Shown: positions 26,110 through 34,386 of the stretch, piece after piece | Layout: each line of letters opens with the position of its first letter | How positions within the stretch are numbered: position 1 is the stretch's first letter | Source of the DNA: Acidiferrobacterales bacterium | GTDB taxonomy: Bacteria > Pseudomonadota > Gammaproteobacteria > Acidiferrobacterales > UBA6901 | Reading direction: 5' to 3' | Assembly: GCA_035256085.1 (NCBI GenBank) | Contig: DATEYP010000046.1 | Span: 1-49,357, forward strand | Length of the DNA stretch: 49,357 bases | Made by a program: the position numbers and the translations under genes | The notes under the pieces: generated by a model | Seen by the model: the letters and a program-made list of their open reading frames with translations, nothing else | Told to the model about the DNA's origin: nothing | Database searches by the model: none

Positions 26110-26203
26110 GCCACAGATGAACGCAGATGAACACGGATTAATAAACAGCAAAACAAGTGCGGGTTCCGGTCTTGATCTGCGTTCATCGGCGTGCATCTGT
26201 GGT
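26110..26203. repeat. REP family B short element (inverted GATGAACGCAGATGAACACGGAT arms)
   Basis: Ends are ccacagatgaacgcagatgaacacggat and gatctgcgttcatcggcgtgcatctgtgg, in the ruvB-ybgC spacer. Confidence 0.7.
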
Positions 26204-26210
26204 TGAAATA

Positions 26211-27257
26211 TTAACCTTCATCAAACATCCCGCGCTGCGGCTCGGCCGACGGCGGCGGCGTGAGGCCGAGGTGCTGCCAGCTGCGGCGCGTGGCGACGCG
26301 CCCGCGCGGGGTACGCGCCAGGAAGCCCTGCTGGATCAGGAACGGTTCGATCACGTCCTCGATCGTGCCGCGCTCCTCGCCAATGGCGGCGGCCAGCGAA
26401 TCCACGCCCACCGGCCCGCCGTCAAACCGCTCGATGAGCACCGTGAGCAGTCGCCGGTCGAGCGCATCGAATCCTTCCTGGTCGACGCTCAGCATAACCA
26501 GCGCCTGTTCGGCGATCCGGCCGGTGAGCACGCCTGTACCTTTCACCTCGGCGAAGTCGCGCGCGCGCCGCAGCAGGCGGTTGGCGATGCGCGGTGTGCC
26601 GCGCGCGCGCCGCGCGATCGCGCCGATACCCTCCTCTTCGGCCTCGACACTGAGAATGCCGGCCGAGCGCCGTACGATGCGCGTCAGGTCCTCGGCGGTG
26701 TAGAACTCCAGGCGCTGCACAATCCCGAAACGGTCGCGCAGCGGCGAGGTGAGCAAGCCGGCGCGCGTGGTGGCGCCGATCAGCGTGAACGGCGGCAGGT
26801 CAAGCTTGATAGAGCGCGCCGCCGGGCCTTCGCCGATGAGAATGTCGATCTGGTAGTCCTCCAGCGCCGGGTAGAGGATTTCCTCGACCACCGGACTGAG
26901 GCGATGAATCTCGTCGATGAACAGTACATCGTTCGGTTGCAGGTTGGTCAGCAGCGCGGCCAGATCGCCGGCGCGCTCCAGCACCGGGCCGGAGGTCTGG
27001 CGCAGGGTCGCGCCCATTTCGTTGGCGATGATATGCGCGAGCGTGGTCTTGCCGAGGCCGGGCGGGCCGAACAGCAGCACATGGTCGAGCGCCTCGCTGC
27101 GCTGGCGCGCCGCGGAAATGAAAATCTCCATCTGCTCGCGCACCGGCTTCTGCCCGACATAGTCGACCAGACGCGCCGGACGCAGGCGCTGCTCGACGCT
27201 GGCCTCATCGGGCGCAGCGGCCGGCTTGCCGGATACCAAGCGGTCGGTTTCAATCAT
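26211..27257 (-). CDS. ruvB: Holliday junction branch migration ATPase
   Basis: [22 protein letters not shown] and a RuvB winged-helix C-terminus. Confidence 0.95.
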   Translation of the reverse strand: MIETDRLVSGKPAAAPDEASVEQRLRPARLVDYVGQKPVREQMEIFISAARQRSEALDHVLLFGPPGLGKTTLAHIIANEMGATLRQTSGPVLERAGDLAALLTNLQPNDVLFIDEIHRLSPVVEEILYPALEDYQIDILIGEGPAARSIKLDLPPFTLIGATTRAGLLTSPLRDRFGIVQRLEFYTAEDLTRIVRRSAGILSVEAEEEGIGAIARRARGTPRIANRLLRRARDFAEVKGTGVLTGRIAEQALVMLSVDQEGFDALDRRLLTVLIERFDGGPVGVDSLAAAIGEERGTIEDVIEPFLIQQGFLARTPRGRVATRRSWQHLGLTPPPSAEPQRGMFDEG

Positions 27258-27274
27258 AAGAGAGACGTTGTCCT

Positions 27275-27417
27275 AATCCCCTCTCCCGCGCCAGCGGGAG
27301 AGGCCTGGGAGAGGGCTTCCTCATTTGTCCTGCTCCCCCTCTCCCGCACCAGCGGGAGAGGGATGGGGGGAAGGGTTCCTTTTTCCCGCGACAGCGGGAG
27401 AGACCTGGGAGAGGGTA
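27275..27417. repeat. Three tandem REP family A hairpins in the ruvA-ruvB spacer
   Basis: ctctcccgcgccagcgggagag, ctctcccgcaccagcgggagag and tttcccgcgacagcgggagag, each followed by a gggagaggg/ggaaggg flank. Confidence 0.8.
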
Positions 27418-27420
27418 ACA

Positions 27421-28020
27421 CTACTTTATCCCCGCCAGCCCTTTCAACGCCGCGCGGATAATGTCCTCGCTCCGCAGGCCGGTACTCGGCACACCGCTCA
27501 CCGCCCGGCTCGCCTCGACCGGCTTGTAGCCTAACGCAATCAGGGCACTAATCGCTTCCTGCACCGGATCAGCCGGTACACTCAGCGGACGGGCGGCACC
27601 CGCGGCGGGTGCGCCGGCCAGATCCACCTTGTCGCGCAGTTCGATTACCAGGCGCTCGGCGGTTTTGCGGCCGATGCCCGGCACCTTGATGAGGCGCGCG
27701 ATGTCCTCGTGCGCCAGGCAGGTGATCAGCTCCTGCTCGGAAAGCCCGGAGAGCACGGCCAGCGCCACACGCGGTCCGACACCGTTCACCTTGAGCAGGT
27801 TGCGAAACAACTGGCGCTGCGATTCGCGCGAGAAGCCATATAACAGGTGCGCGTCCTCGCGCACCACCAGGTGTGTATAGAGCGTGACCCGGTCGCCGGT
27901 CGCCGGCAAGTCGTAAAAAGTCGACATGGGGGCATCCAGCTCGTAGCCCACGCCGTTCACGTCCAGCAGCAGCGACGGCGGCTCCTTGCGCGCGAGCACC
28001 CCGGTAAGGCGGCCGATCAT
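27421..28020 (-). CDS. ruvA: Holliday junction DNA helicase subunit
   Basis: MIGRLTGVL...VNGVGYEL, HhH motifs (VNGVGPRVALAVLS, VPGIGRKTAERL). Confidence 0.95.
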   Translation of the reverse strand: MIGRLTGVLARKEPPSLLLDVNGVGYELDAPMSTFYDLPATGDRVTLYTHLVVREDAHLLYGFSRESQRQLFRNLLKVNGVGPRVALAVLSGLSEQELITCLAHEDIARLIKVPGIGRKTAERLVIELRDKVDLAGAPAAGAARPLSVPADPVQEAISALIALGYKPVEASRAVSGVPSTGLRSEDIIRAALKGLAGIK

Positions 28021-28550
28021 GACGCGACCCGTAGCGCGCGGCGGCTGCGCCAGCGCGGGCTGAGTGTGCGCCGCGAACGCACACTCTGCGCATGGTGAGC
28101 ATGGCAGATGGCACAGGCCAGCGCATCAGCGGCATCGGCCTGCGGATTGCCGGACAGCGCGAGCAGTGCCTTGACCATGTGCTTTACCTGTTCCTTTCGC
28201 GCATGACCCTTGCCGACCAGCGCCTGCTTGATCTGGAGTGCGGTGTACTCGCTCACCGGCAGATCGCGGTTCACGCCCGCGAGCATGGCGGCGGCGCGCG
28301 CCTGGCCGAGCTTGAGGGCCGAATCGGCATTGCGCGCCATGAACACCTTCTCGACCGCCATGACCTCCGGACGGTATTCGGCGATCACTTCCGCGACACC
28401 ATCGTAAATGACCTTGAGACGCTCGGCGAGCACAATGGCCGGCACGCGCACCACGCCGCTCGCCACATAACTGATCTTGCCGGAGGACAGGACATGCACC
28501 ACACCGAAGCCGGTCAGGCGCGAACCGGGGTCAATTCCTAAAATTCGCAT
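28017..28550 (-). CDS. ruvC: Crossover junction endodeoxyribonuclease
   Basis: MRILGIDPGSRLTGFGVV. ATG at 28550, because the upstream in-frame codons of the tracked ORF are REP-derived. Confidence 0.92.
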   Translation of the reverse strand: MRILGIDPGSRLTGFGVVHVLSSGKISYVASGVVRVPAIVLAERLKVIYDGVAEVIAEYRPEVMAVEKVFMARNADSALKLGQARAAAMLAGVNRDLPVSEYTALQIKQALVGKGHARKEQVKHMVKALLALSGNPQADAADALACAICHAHHAQSVRSRRTLSPRWRSRRALRVAS

Positions 28551-28554
28551 CAGC

Positions 28555-29000
28555 GAACATACTCCCCCTCGCCCGCGCCAGCGGGAGAGGGATGGCCGGA
28601 AAACTGCTCCTGCGTTTCCGGCACTTCCGCCATCCATGGCGGTCGGGGTGAGGGCAACCTTCTATTTTTGCGCATCAGCGAACCAACTCCCCCAAGGTAA
28701 AGAAGTGCGCGCCACGCGCGCCTCGGCTCGCCTCCCTCTCCCTAGTGAATGGGGCCTCATTCACTAGGGAATGAGGGTGAGGGCGGAGAGGGATGGAAAA
28801 GTGCATTTGGCGCGCGTCATTTTCACCTGGGGTTCGGGTGAGGGGCGTAGAGCCCATGATGTCATATTCCCTCATCCTCGACCGCCTGTTCCCGACGCGG
28901 TCTACCGCCTCCATCCCTGGAGGCGTCGCCTTCTCGACTCGGGTTCCGAACTTCGTTCTACCTCCTCCATCCCTGGAGTCGTCCCGGAGGGAGAAGGGAT
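28555..29000. repeat. Large composite REP cluster (families A and C) filling the yebC-ruvC spacer
   Basis: Multiple gggagaggg/ggtgaggg hairpins (28563-28595, 28640-28655, 28731-28795). Also a 60-bp family C unit (28866-28935) and a degenerate second unit (28948-28984). Confidence 0.75.
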
Positions 29001-29007
29001 TCCATTA

Positions 29008-29757
29008 TCAACCGGCATGTTGTTGCATGAGCTCGTCAGGGAAATGGGCATTGCTGTAAACCTGTTGCACATCATCCAACTCTTCCAGCACCTCAATCAG
29101 CTTCCACACCTTCTCGGCGTCCTCGCCGGCCAGCAGCACGTCGATCGCGGCGCGTTGCATGATCTCGGCATGCTCGGGTTTGAGGCCGGCCCGGGTCATG
29201 GTGTCGACCACCGCGGCAAAGCCCTCGGGCGTGGTCAGCACCTCGATGCTGCCATCGCCTCCGGTCACCACGTCTTCGGCGCCGGTCTCGATTGCCGCCG
29301 CCATCAGCTTGTCTTCATTCGTGCCCGGAGCATAATTCAGTACGCCGAGGCGCTTGAACAGGTATGCGACCGAACCGTCCGTGCCGAGATGACCACCGTG
29401 CTTGGTGAATGCGTGGCGCACATCGCCGACCGTGCGCGTGTGGTTGTCGGTCTGGCAGTCGACCATCACCGCCACGCCGCCCGGACCGTAACCTTCGAAT
29501 CGAACCTCTTCATAGTGCGCGCCTTCGATTTCACCGGTGCCGCGCTGGATGGCGCGCTCGATGGTTTCGCGCGTCATGTTGACAGCGAGCGCCTTGTCGA
29601 TCGCGGCGCGCAAACGCGGATTGTGCGCCGGGTCGCCGCCGCCGGTGCGCGCGGCGACCGTGATTTCACGAATGCTCTTGGTGAACAGCTTGCCGCGGCG
29701 CGCGTCCTGCACACCTTTGCGGGCACGGATGTTGGCCCATTTGCTGTGACCGGCCAT
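29008..29757 (-). CDS. yebC: YebC/PmpR-family transcriptional regulator
   Basis: [27 protein letters not shown]. Conserved position upstream of ruvC. Confidence 0.92.
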   Translation of the reverse strand: MAGHSKWANIRARKGVQDARRGKLFTKSIREITVAARTGGGDPAHNPRLRAAIDKALAVNMTRETIERAIQRGTGEIEGAHYEEVRFEGYGPGGVAVMVDCQTDNHTRTVGDVRHAFTKHGGHLGTDGSVAYLFKRLGVLNYAPGTNEDKLMAAAIETGAEDVVTGGDGSIEVLTTPEGFAAVVDTMTRAGLKPEHAEIMQRAAIDVLLAGEDAEKVWKLIEVLEELDDVQQVYSNAHFPDELMQQHAG

Positions 29758-29874
29758 GCGGAACCTCGTGCGGAACGGCGGCCTGCCAAGGCAGGCATTT
29801 GCGTGCCAGTGTAGCAAAGACCACGGCGCCAAACACGGCGCCTGGGACGGGCAGCGCGGCGCACAATAACCGGG

Positions 29875-30513
29875 CTAACGTGCCAACTCGAATGTGCCCG
29901 CACGCAGGAACCGGGCCACTTGCCGGGCCACGACCGGAGCGAGCAACATTGCAAAGTGTGCCACCGGCAGCACCAGCCGGGCGTGCGCAGCGGGGATAGT
30001 GGTCTCCTCCACCGCCACACTCCCGTCGTTCGGCACCGCCAGGCGTGCGACCAGACGGCCCAGACCGACCGAACGGCTGCCGGCAATCACGCCGGTTTCA
30101 CGCGCCGGCCAGCTCCAGTGCTGCGGTGTGCCGGCGATCAGTTCGGCCACCGCGCGCCCGAGCAGCGCACGCCCGGGGCGGGCACGTGCCAGCATCTGCG
30201 CGGCGCGGTTACCGGTCTGCGGCGAGCCGAGCAGCACGATGCGCCCGGGACGCTGCTGCGGATGAAAATGAAACAGGGCGCGTATCACCAGACCGCCCAG
30301 GCTGTAACCGACCAAATGCACGGTCGCACCCGGCACCCGTGCCAGAAAATCGTGCAAGCACGCGGCACTGGTGCGCAGGTCCTGACGCACACTGGGATAG
30401 GAGAAGGTAAAGGTCTGAAAGCCGGCACGCCGCAGGCGCCGCGCCAGCAACCACAGCGCCAGGTCAGTCAGCCACAGACCGTTCACCAGCACCAAGCTTT
30501 CCCGGCCGTCCAT
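29875..30513 (-). CDS. Alpha/beta-fold hydrolase (lipase/esterase-like)
   Basis: Nucleophile elbow GYSLGG, about 210 aa. Start uncertain (30513 ATG against 30558). Confidence 0.65.
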   Translation of the reverse strand: MDGRESLVLVNGLWLTDLALWLLARRLRRAGFQTFTFSYPSVRQDLRTSAACLHDFLARVPGATVHLVGYSLGGLVIRALFHFHPQQRPGRIVLLGSPQTGNRAAQMLARARPGRALLGRAVAELIAGTPQHWSWPARETGVIAGSRSVGLGRLVARLAVPNDGSVAVEETTIPAAHARLVLPVAHFAMLLAPVVARQVARFLRAGTFELAR

Positions 30514-30526
30514 CGTGGCACCGGAA

Positions 30527-31000
30527 TCAGGCAGGCAACGGTGCCGAGTGCGCGACACGCTCTTTCATGAGCAGCAACAGGGCATCGCGGTTGGTCCAGG
30601 AAAACACGCGCTCGACCGCCTCGGGAAACGGCACCCAGGCATATTCGGAATGCTCGTCCGGACTCAACGTGACCGCTGGCTCGTCCGCCAATTCAAGAGA
30701 GAAAAAGTGTTCGGTGTTCTCGGTAACGCCGGGCGCGTACCTGTGGCGCCACTGCGGATAGATCACGTAACGGTTCTGAACCTTCCGGTCGGTGAAGGCG
30801 GCGGGCGCCGCCGCAATGCCGGTTTCTTCACGCAGCTCGCGCGCCGCCGTTTCGGCCGGCTGCTCGTCGCCCCACTCCATGCTGCCGGTGACCGATTGCC
30901 AGAAGTCCGGGTGGTCGGCGCGCCGCAACAACAGCACCTTGCCAGAACGGGTGTAGACCACGACCAGCACGGACTCGGGGCGTTTAAAAGTTTGTGACAT
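30527..31000 (-). CDS. nudB: NUDIX hydrolase, dihydroneopterin triphosphate pyrophosphatase-like
   Basis: FWQSVTGSMEWGDEQPAETAARELREETGI (Nudix box) and a NudB-like length. ATG at 31000. Confidence 0.8.
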   Translation of the reverse strand: MSQTFKRPESVLVVVYTRSGKVLLLRRADHPDFWQSVTGSMEWGDEQPAETAARELREETGIAAAPAAFTDRKVQNRYVIYPQWRHRYAPGVTENTEHFFSLELADEPAVTLSPDEHSEYAWVPFPEAVERVFSWTNRDALLLLMKERVAHSAPLPA

Positions 31001-31140
31001 ACGTGCATCATACAAGGAGCGCGTCACGACAGCATCTGTCCGGCCATTTTCGCCGGCAACCGACGATCCCTCGGCACAATGCAGGTCAGGCGGATAAAAT
31101 TCTGGTACTTTTGTCAGCCGAAAACAGCGGGGAATCAACC

Positions 31141-31575
31141 GTGCCGACCATTCATATCGCCGAATCACCCGCAGAGATCGCAGACTGTTTCCCGATCATG
31201 GCCCAACTGCGGCCGCATCTGGAACGCGGGGAATTTATGACACGCGTGCAGCGGCAAGTGGCGGACAGCTACCGCCTGGCATATCTGAGCACAGACAGCT
31301 CAGTGAAAGCGGTCGCCGGGTATCGCATTATGGAAAACCTCGCCTGGGGACGGTTTCTGTACGTGGACGATCTGGTCACCGACCAAGCCGCGCGCTCGAA
31401 GGGTTATGGCAAGGCCCTGCTCGCCTGGCTGGCGGGGCACGCGTGCCAGAACGGCTGCGCCCAGTTGCACCTGGATTCGGGCGCGCAGCGCAAGGACGCG
31501 CATCGTTTCTATTTGCGCGAAGGCATGGAGAACGCCGGGTTTCATTTCAGCATGAAACTGGATGACGACAACTAA
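31141..31575 (+). CDS. GNAT-family N-acetyltransferase
   Basis: LYVDDLVTDQAARSKGYGKALLAWL (acetyl-CoA binding Q/RxxGxG/A motif). GTG start assumed at 31141. Confidence 0.7.
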   Translation: MPTIHIAESPAEIADCFPIMAQLRPHLERGEFMTRVQRQVADSYRLAYLSTDSSVKAVAGYRIMENLAWGRFLYVDDLVTDQAARSKGYGKALLAWLAGHACQNGCAQLHLDSGAQRKDAHRFYLREGMENAGFHFSMKLDDDN

Positions 31576-31595
31576 TCAAAAGCGGCAAGCGAACC

Positions 31596-32387
31596 ATGGA
31601 GAGAAAACTGCGCCAATTTCAGATCGACGCCTTCGCCACCCGCGTCTTCGAGGGCAACCCAGCGGCGGTCGTGCCGCTCGATCGCTGGCTGGCGGATGCC
31701 ACGATGCAGGCGATCGCCGTCGAGAACAACCTCTCGGAAACCGCGTTCTTCGTGCCCGAGGGCGGGGCCTATCGCCTGCGCTGGTTCAGCCCCGGCGGCG
31801 AGATCGACCTGTGCGGCCACGCCACGCTCGCCAGCGCCTGGGTGCTGTTCGAACTGCTCGGTCACGCCGGACGCGCCATCGCCTTCGACACACGCAGTGG
31901 GCGGCTGGTCGTCGAGCGCGACGGTAAGCGGCTGGCCATGGATTTCCCCGCGCTTCCCGCCCAGCCCTGCCCCGCGCCGGCGGCGCTGCTCGCCGGGCTC
32001 AAGCGACAGCCCGTCGAATTGCTCGCTGCCGACGACTACTTCGCGGTGTTTGAGAACGAAGAGGACATTCGCACACTCGCGCCCAACCTCGCCGAGTTGT
32101 CCAAGCTGGATCGGCGCGGTGTGTGCATCACCGCCCCCGGCCGGTCGGTGGATTTCGTGAGCCGCTTCTTCGGCCCCAAGTGGGGTATCCCCGAAGACCC
32201 GGTGACCGGCTCGGCACACTGCACGCTCACAACCTACTGGGCCACGCGCCTCGGCAAATCACGCTTCATCGCGCGCCAACTCTCGCGCCGCGGCGGCGAA
32301 CTCCACTGCGAACTGCGCGGCGATCGGGTCAGGATAGCTGGGTACGCGGTGAAGTTTCTGGAAGGGGAGATTGTGGTTCCGGACTGA
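31596..32387 (+). CDS. PhzF-family isomerase (YddE-like)
   Basis: QIDAFATRVFEGNPAAVV...LSETAFF...LRWFSPGGEIDLCGHATLAS are typical PhzF-family blocks. Confidence 0.85.
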   Translation: MERKLRQFQIDAFATRVFEGNPAAVVPLDRWLADATMQAIAVENNLSETAFFVPEGGAYRLRWFSPGGEIDLCGHATLASAWVLFELLGHAGRAIAFDTRSGRLVVERDGKRLAMDFPALPAQPCPAPAALLAGLKRQPVELLAADDYFAVFENEEDIRTLAPNLAELSKLDRRGVCITAPGRSVDFVSRFFGPKWGIPEDPVTGSAHCTLTTYWATRLGKSRFIARQLSRRGGELHCELRGDRVRIAGYAVKFLEGEIVVPD

Positions 32388-32430
32388 CCAAATTGGTCGC
32401 AGACGTTCACTCGAAAACTGATTTAAACCC

Positions 32431-32949
32431 TCACGGGACATGTACTTCCGCTTTATCGGCCAACGCAACAGCAATCATTTGAACAGCGCTCTCATCTTCT
32501 GGCCAACCGACGATATTGGCGTGGAGAAGATGCATTGAGGTTTCCGGCACCACGGTGAGGCTTACATAGCCTTTCTCGACTCCGACTGTCTCCACCACTT
32601 GGACTTTGATATCAGCCCGCGCCTTGATTGTCCTGTTCCGTAACCTTGCTACGTGGTCGTTACCTAATTCCCATACTTCAGCGTCACTTAGATGCGACAC
32701 CCTGAACACTGAAGTCTCGCCATTGCGTGGCAAAAACACCTGAAACTTCGCGGTAGGTTTTGGTTGGGAACGCCTTATGTGGTCCCGGTCGAAAACGTAT
32801 CGCGTTACGCTTTCGTCCTTCGTAACAGCAGGACCGCCGGCGATCTTACGGGTAGACGCGCCGAATATGCTGAAGAATAACTTTAGGAATCGATTCACTA
32901 AATTTTTGCGTGCCATACGCACGGTTGCCTTCGCCCATAAGTCCGGCAT
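32431..32949 (-). CDS. Hypothetical protein (third gene of the low-GC cassette); start uncertain
   Basis: Open frame with protein-like composition (ETSVFRVSHLSDAEVWELGNDHVA...HLLHANIVGWPEDES). ATGs at 32949 and 32916 both overlap the upstream gene. No family recognised. Confidence 0.55.
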   Translation of the reverse strand: MPDLWAKATVRMARKNLVNRFLKLFFSIFGASTRKIAGGPAVTKDESVTRYVFDRDHIRRSQPKPTAKFQVFLPRNGETSVFRVSHLSDAEVWELGNDHVARLRNRTIKARADIKVQVVETVGVEKGYVSLTVVPETSMHLLHANIVGWPEDESAVQMIAVALADKAEVHVP

Positions 32950-33337
32950 AGACGACCATACCGGCTCCCTTGGTCGTCAGGGTAAACACCCAGCCTGGAC
33001 CTCTATACCACTCAAAAGATATAGCGCCCCGAGGATCGGCCGAAAACTCCGGTTCTTCGATATCACCTGGAAGCAGCTGGATAAGACGGCATGCCTCCAG
33101 GTAAGCATCTTCCGAAATAGGTAGCGCGCCGTATCCGTCCCAACCTTGTTGACGGTGGGTATCAAAAATACCCTTCAATGACTGAAGCGCACGCTCTCGT
33201 GGGTCAAGCGTGATTGGCTGCTCGTAGTGTACAAACGCATGTTTGAGCAACCGGTCCACTAGTGCAGCTGCCGCGTGGCCGCTGTTTTGTGTCCGGTTGA
33301 AGAAACCGCCACTGGGTCCAATTGCTAAAGCTGTCAT
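32846..33337 (-). CDS. Hypothetical protein (second gene of the low-GC cassette)
   Basis: ATGA overlap with the upstream gene stop. Contains QQGWDGYGALPISEDAYLEA...DPRGAISFEW. No family recognised. Confidence 0.6.
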   Translation of the reverse strand: MTALAIGPSGGFFNRTQNSGHAAAALVDRLLKHAFVHYEQPITLDPRERALQSLKGIFDTHRQQGWDGYGALPISEDAYLEACRLIQLLPGDIEEPEFSADPRGAISFEWYRGPGWVFTLTTKGAGMVVYAGLMGEGNRAYGTQKFSESIPKVILQHIRRVYP

Positions 33338-34083
33338 TGGAATAGAGACTCGGCTTTCTTGGTGATGCTTTGAAAGAATACCTTATTCTTGAAATCCCGC
33401 AACTTATCCAGCTCCTGCCAATACTGGCCTTCATTTTCCGGAAATTGGTGCTGAATAAAAACGTCGATATCCAGCACTATTGGCACCATTCGATTGTCGA
33501 CATCCGGGCCTTCAAGCGCCTGCGTCAAAATACACTGTGCGCCGCTAGTTGGCTCAGAGAAGACGATCCGGGTGAGAAAGCTACTGACACCCTGGGGTAA
33601 GGCCTCCGGTACTTCCGGCGGGCAAACTAGGTAGTCCCCAAACTCCTTGAGGTCGTCCATCGGCACACGCATCAAATTTATGTAGCGTGCCGCCACCCTG
33701 GTTACCGAATCAACATTCGCAACCTTTTTATATATTTCCCACAACCTAGCCGCCTCATTTCGCAATTCCTCCCAAACTGTATAAGGCTCCATACGGCTCA
33801 GCGTAAATCCGTCGAGCCGGAACTGCGCGATATATTTTCCATCCGCCGATGTATATTTGTAACCGGTTTGGTTACTGTCGAGCTGTGTTGGTACAGCCTT
33901 CTGTTCTTCGATCCGGAATCCGGACCTGACACGGAGCAAGGCTTCCTTCTTCGGATACTGCTCTGAGAATGCGGCATACTCGGCGTTCAATTTCTCGACA
34001 TCGACCTCCTCTTTCAAAGTCACATCGAACGCTATGACGGCTTCCTTGATAGGCGCGTTCGTCAGTTTTCTCTGTGCGATCAT
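33334..34083 (-). CDS. TIGR04255-like conserved hypothetical protein (first gene of the low-GC cassette)
   Basis: About 250 aa. The N-terminal KLTNAPIKEAVIAFDV and overall layout resemble the TIGR04255 family as I recall it. No known function. Confidence 0.6.
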   Translation of the reverse strand: MIAQRKLTNAPIKEAVIAFDVTLKEEVDVEKLNAEYAAFSEQYPKKEALLRVRSGFRIEEQKAVPTQLDSNQTGYKYTSADGKYIAQFRLDGFTLSRMEPYTVWEELRNEAARLWEIYKKVANVDSVTRVAARYINLMRVPMDDLKEFGDYLVCPPEVPEALPQGVSSFLTRIVFSEPTSGAQCILTQALEGPDVDNRMVPIVLDIDVFIQHQFPENEGQYWQELDKLRDFKNKVFFQSITKKAESLFQ

Positions 34084-34254
34084 ATGACGCTTCTTCTATC
34101 GTTCTTCGTGAGGGGGCGCAGGGGTAGAATCAATTATCGCTCATATTCCGATAACTGGCATCTCGTCGTCCACAGATAACCCAGCGCATCACCCTGGGCA
34201 AGTTGATGCCGAATTCGGCGAGGGAAGTATGTATTTTGTTGGGTTCGCCGCGTT

Positions 34255-34297
34255 CCCTCACCCCTTGCCCTCTCCCGCTGATGCGGGAGAGGGGGAG
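34255..34297. repeat. REP family A copy
   Basis: The sequence is ccctcaccccttgccctctcccgctgatgcgggagagggggag. Confidence 0.8.
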
Positions 34298-34386
34298 TTG
34301 GTGATAAGACGATATAAACATTGGCGTCTTAACCCGAGTTACGCCAGAAACATGTCGTCTGGCGTCTCTGCGTTGGACCTTTGGCG

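Noticed and set aside
27275-27417. Possible mini-CRISPR array (three similar hairpin repeats in tandem)
   Set aside because: The units are palindromic REP hairpins of a family dispersed throughout the window. Their spacing is irregular, there are no unique spacers of constant length, and there are no cas genes.
28551-28637. N-terminal extensions of tracked ORFs through repeat DNA (ruvC 28551-28637, yhcG 15095-15187, ybgC 26101-26196, lpdA 43218-43241, queC 20207-20290)
   Set aside because: The extensions translate REP elements or overlap the upstream gene. Conserved family N-termini begin at the internal ATGs used in the feature list.
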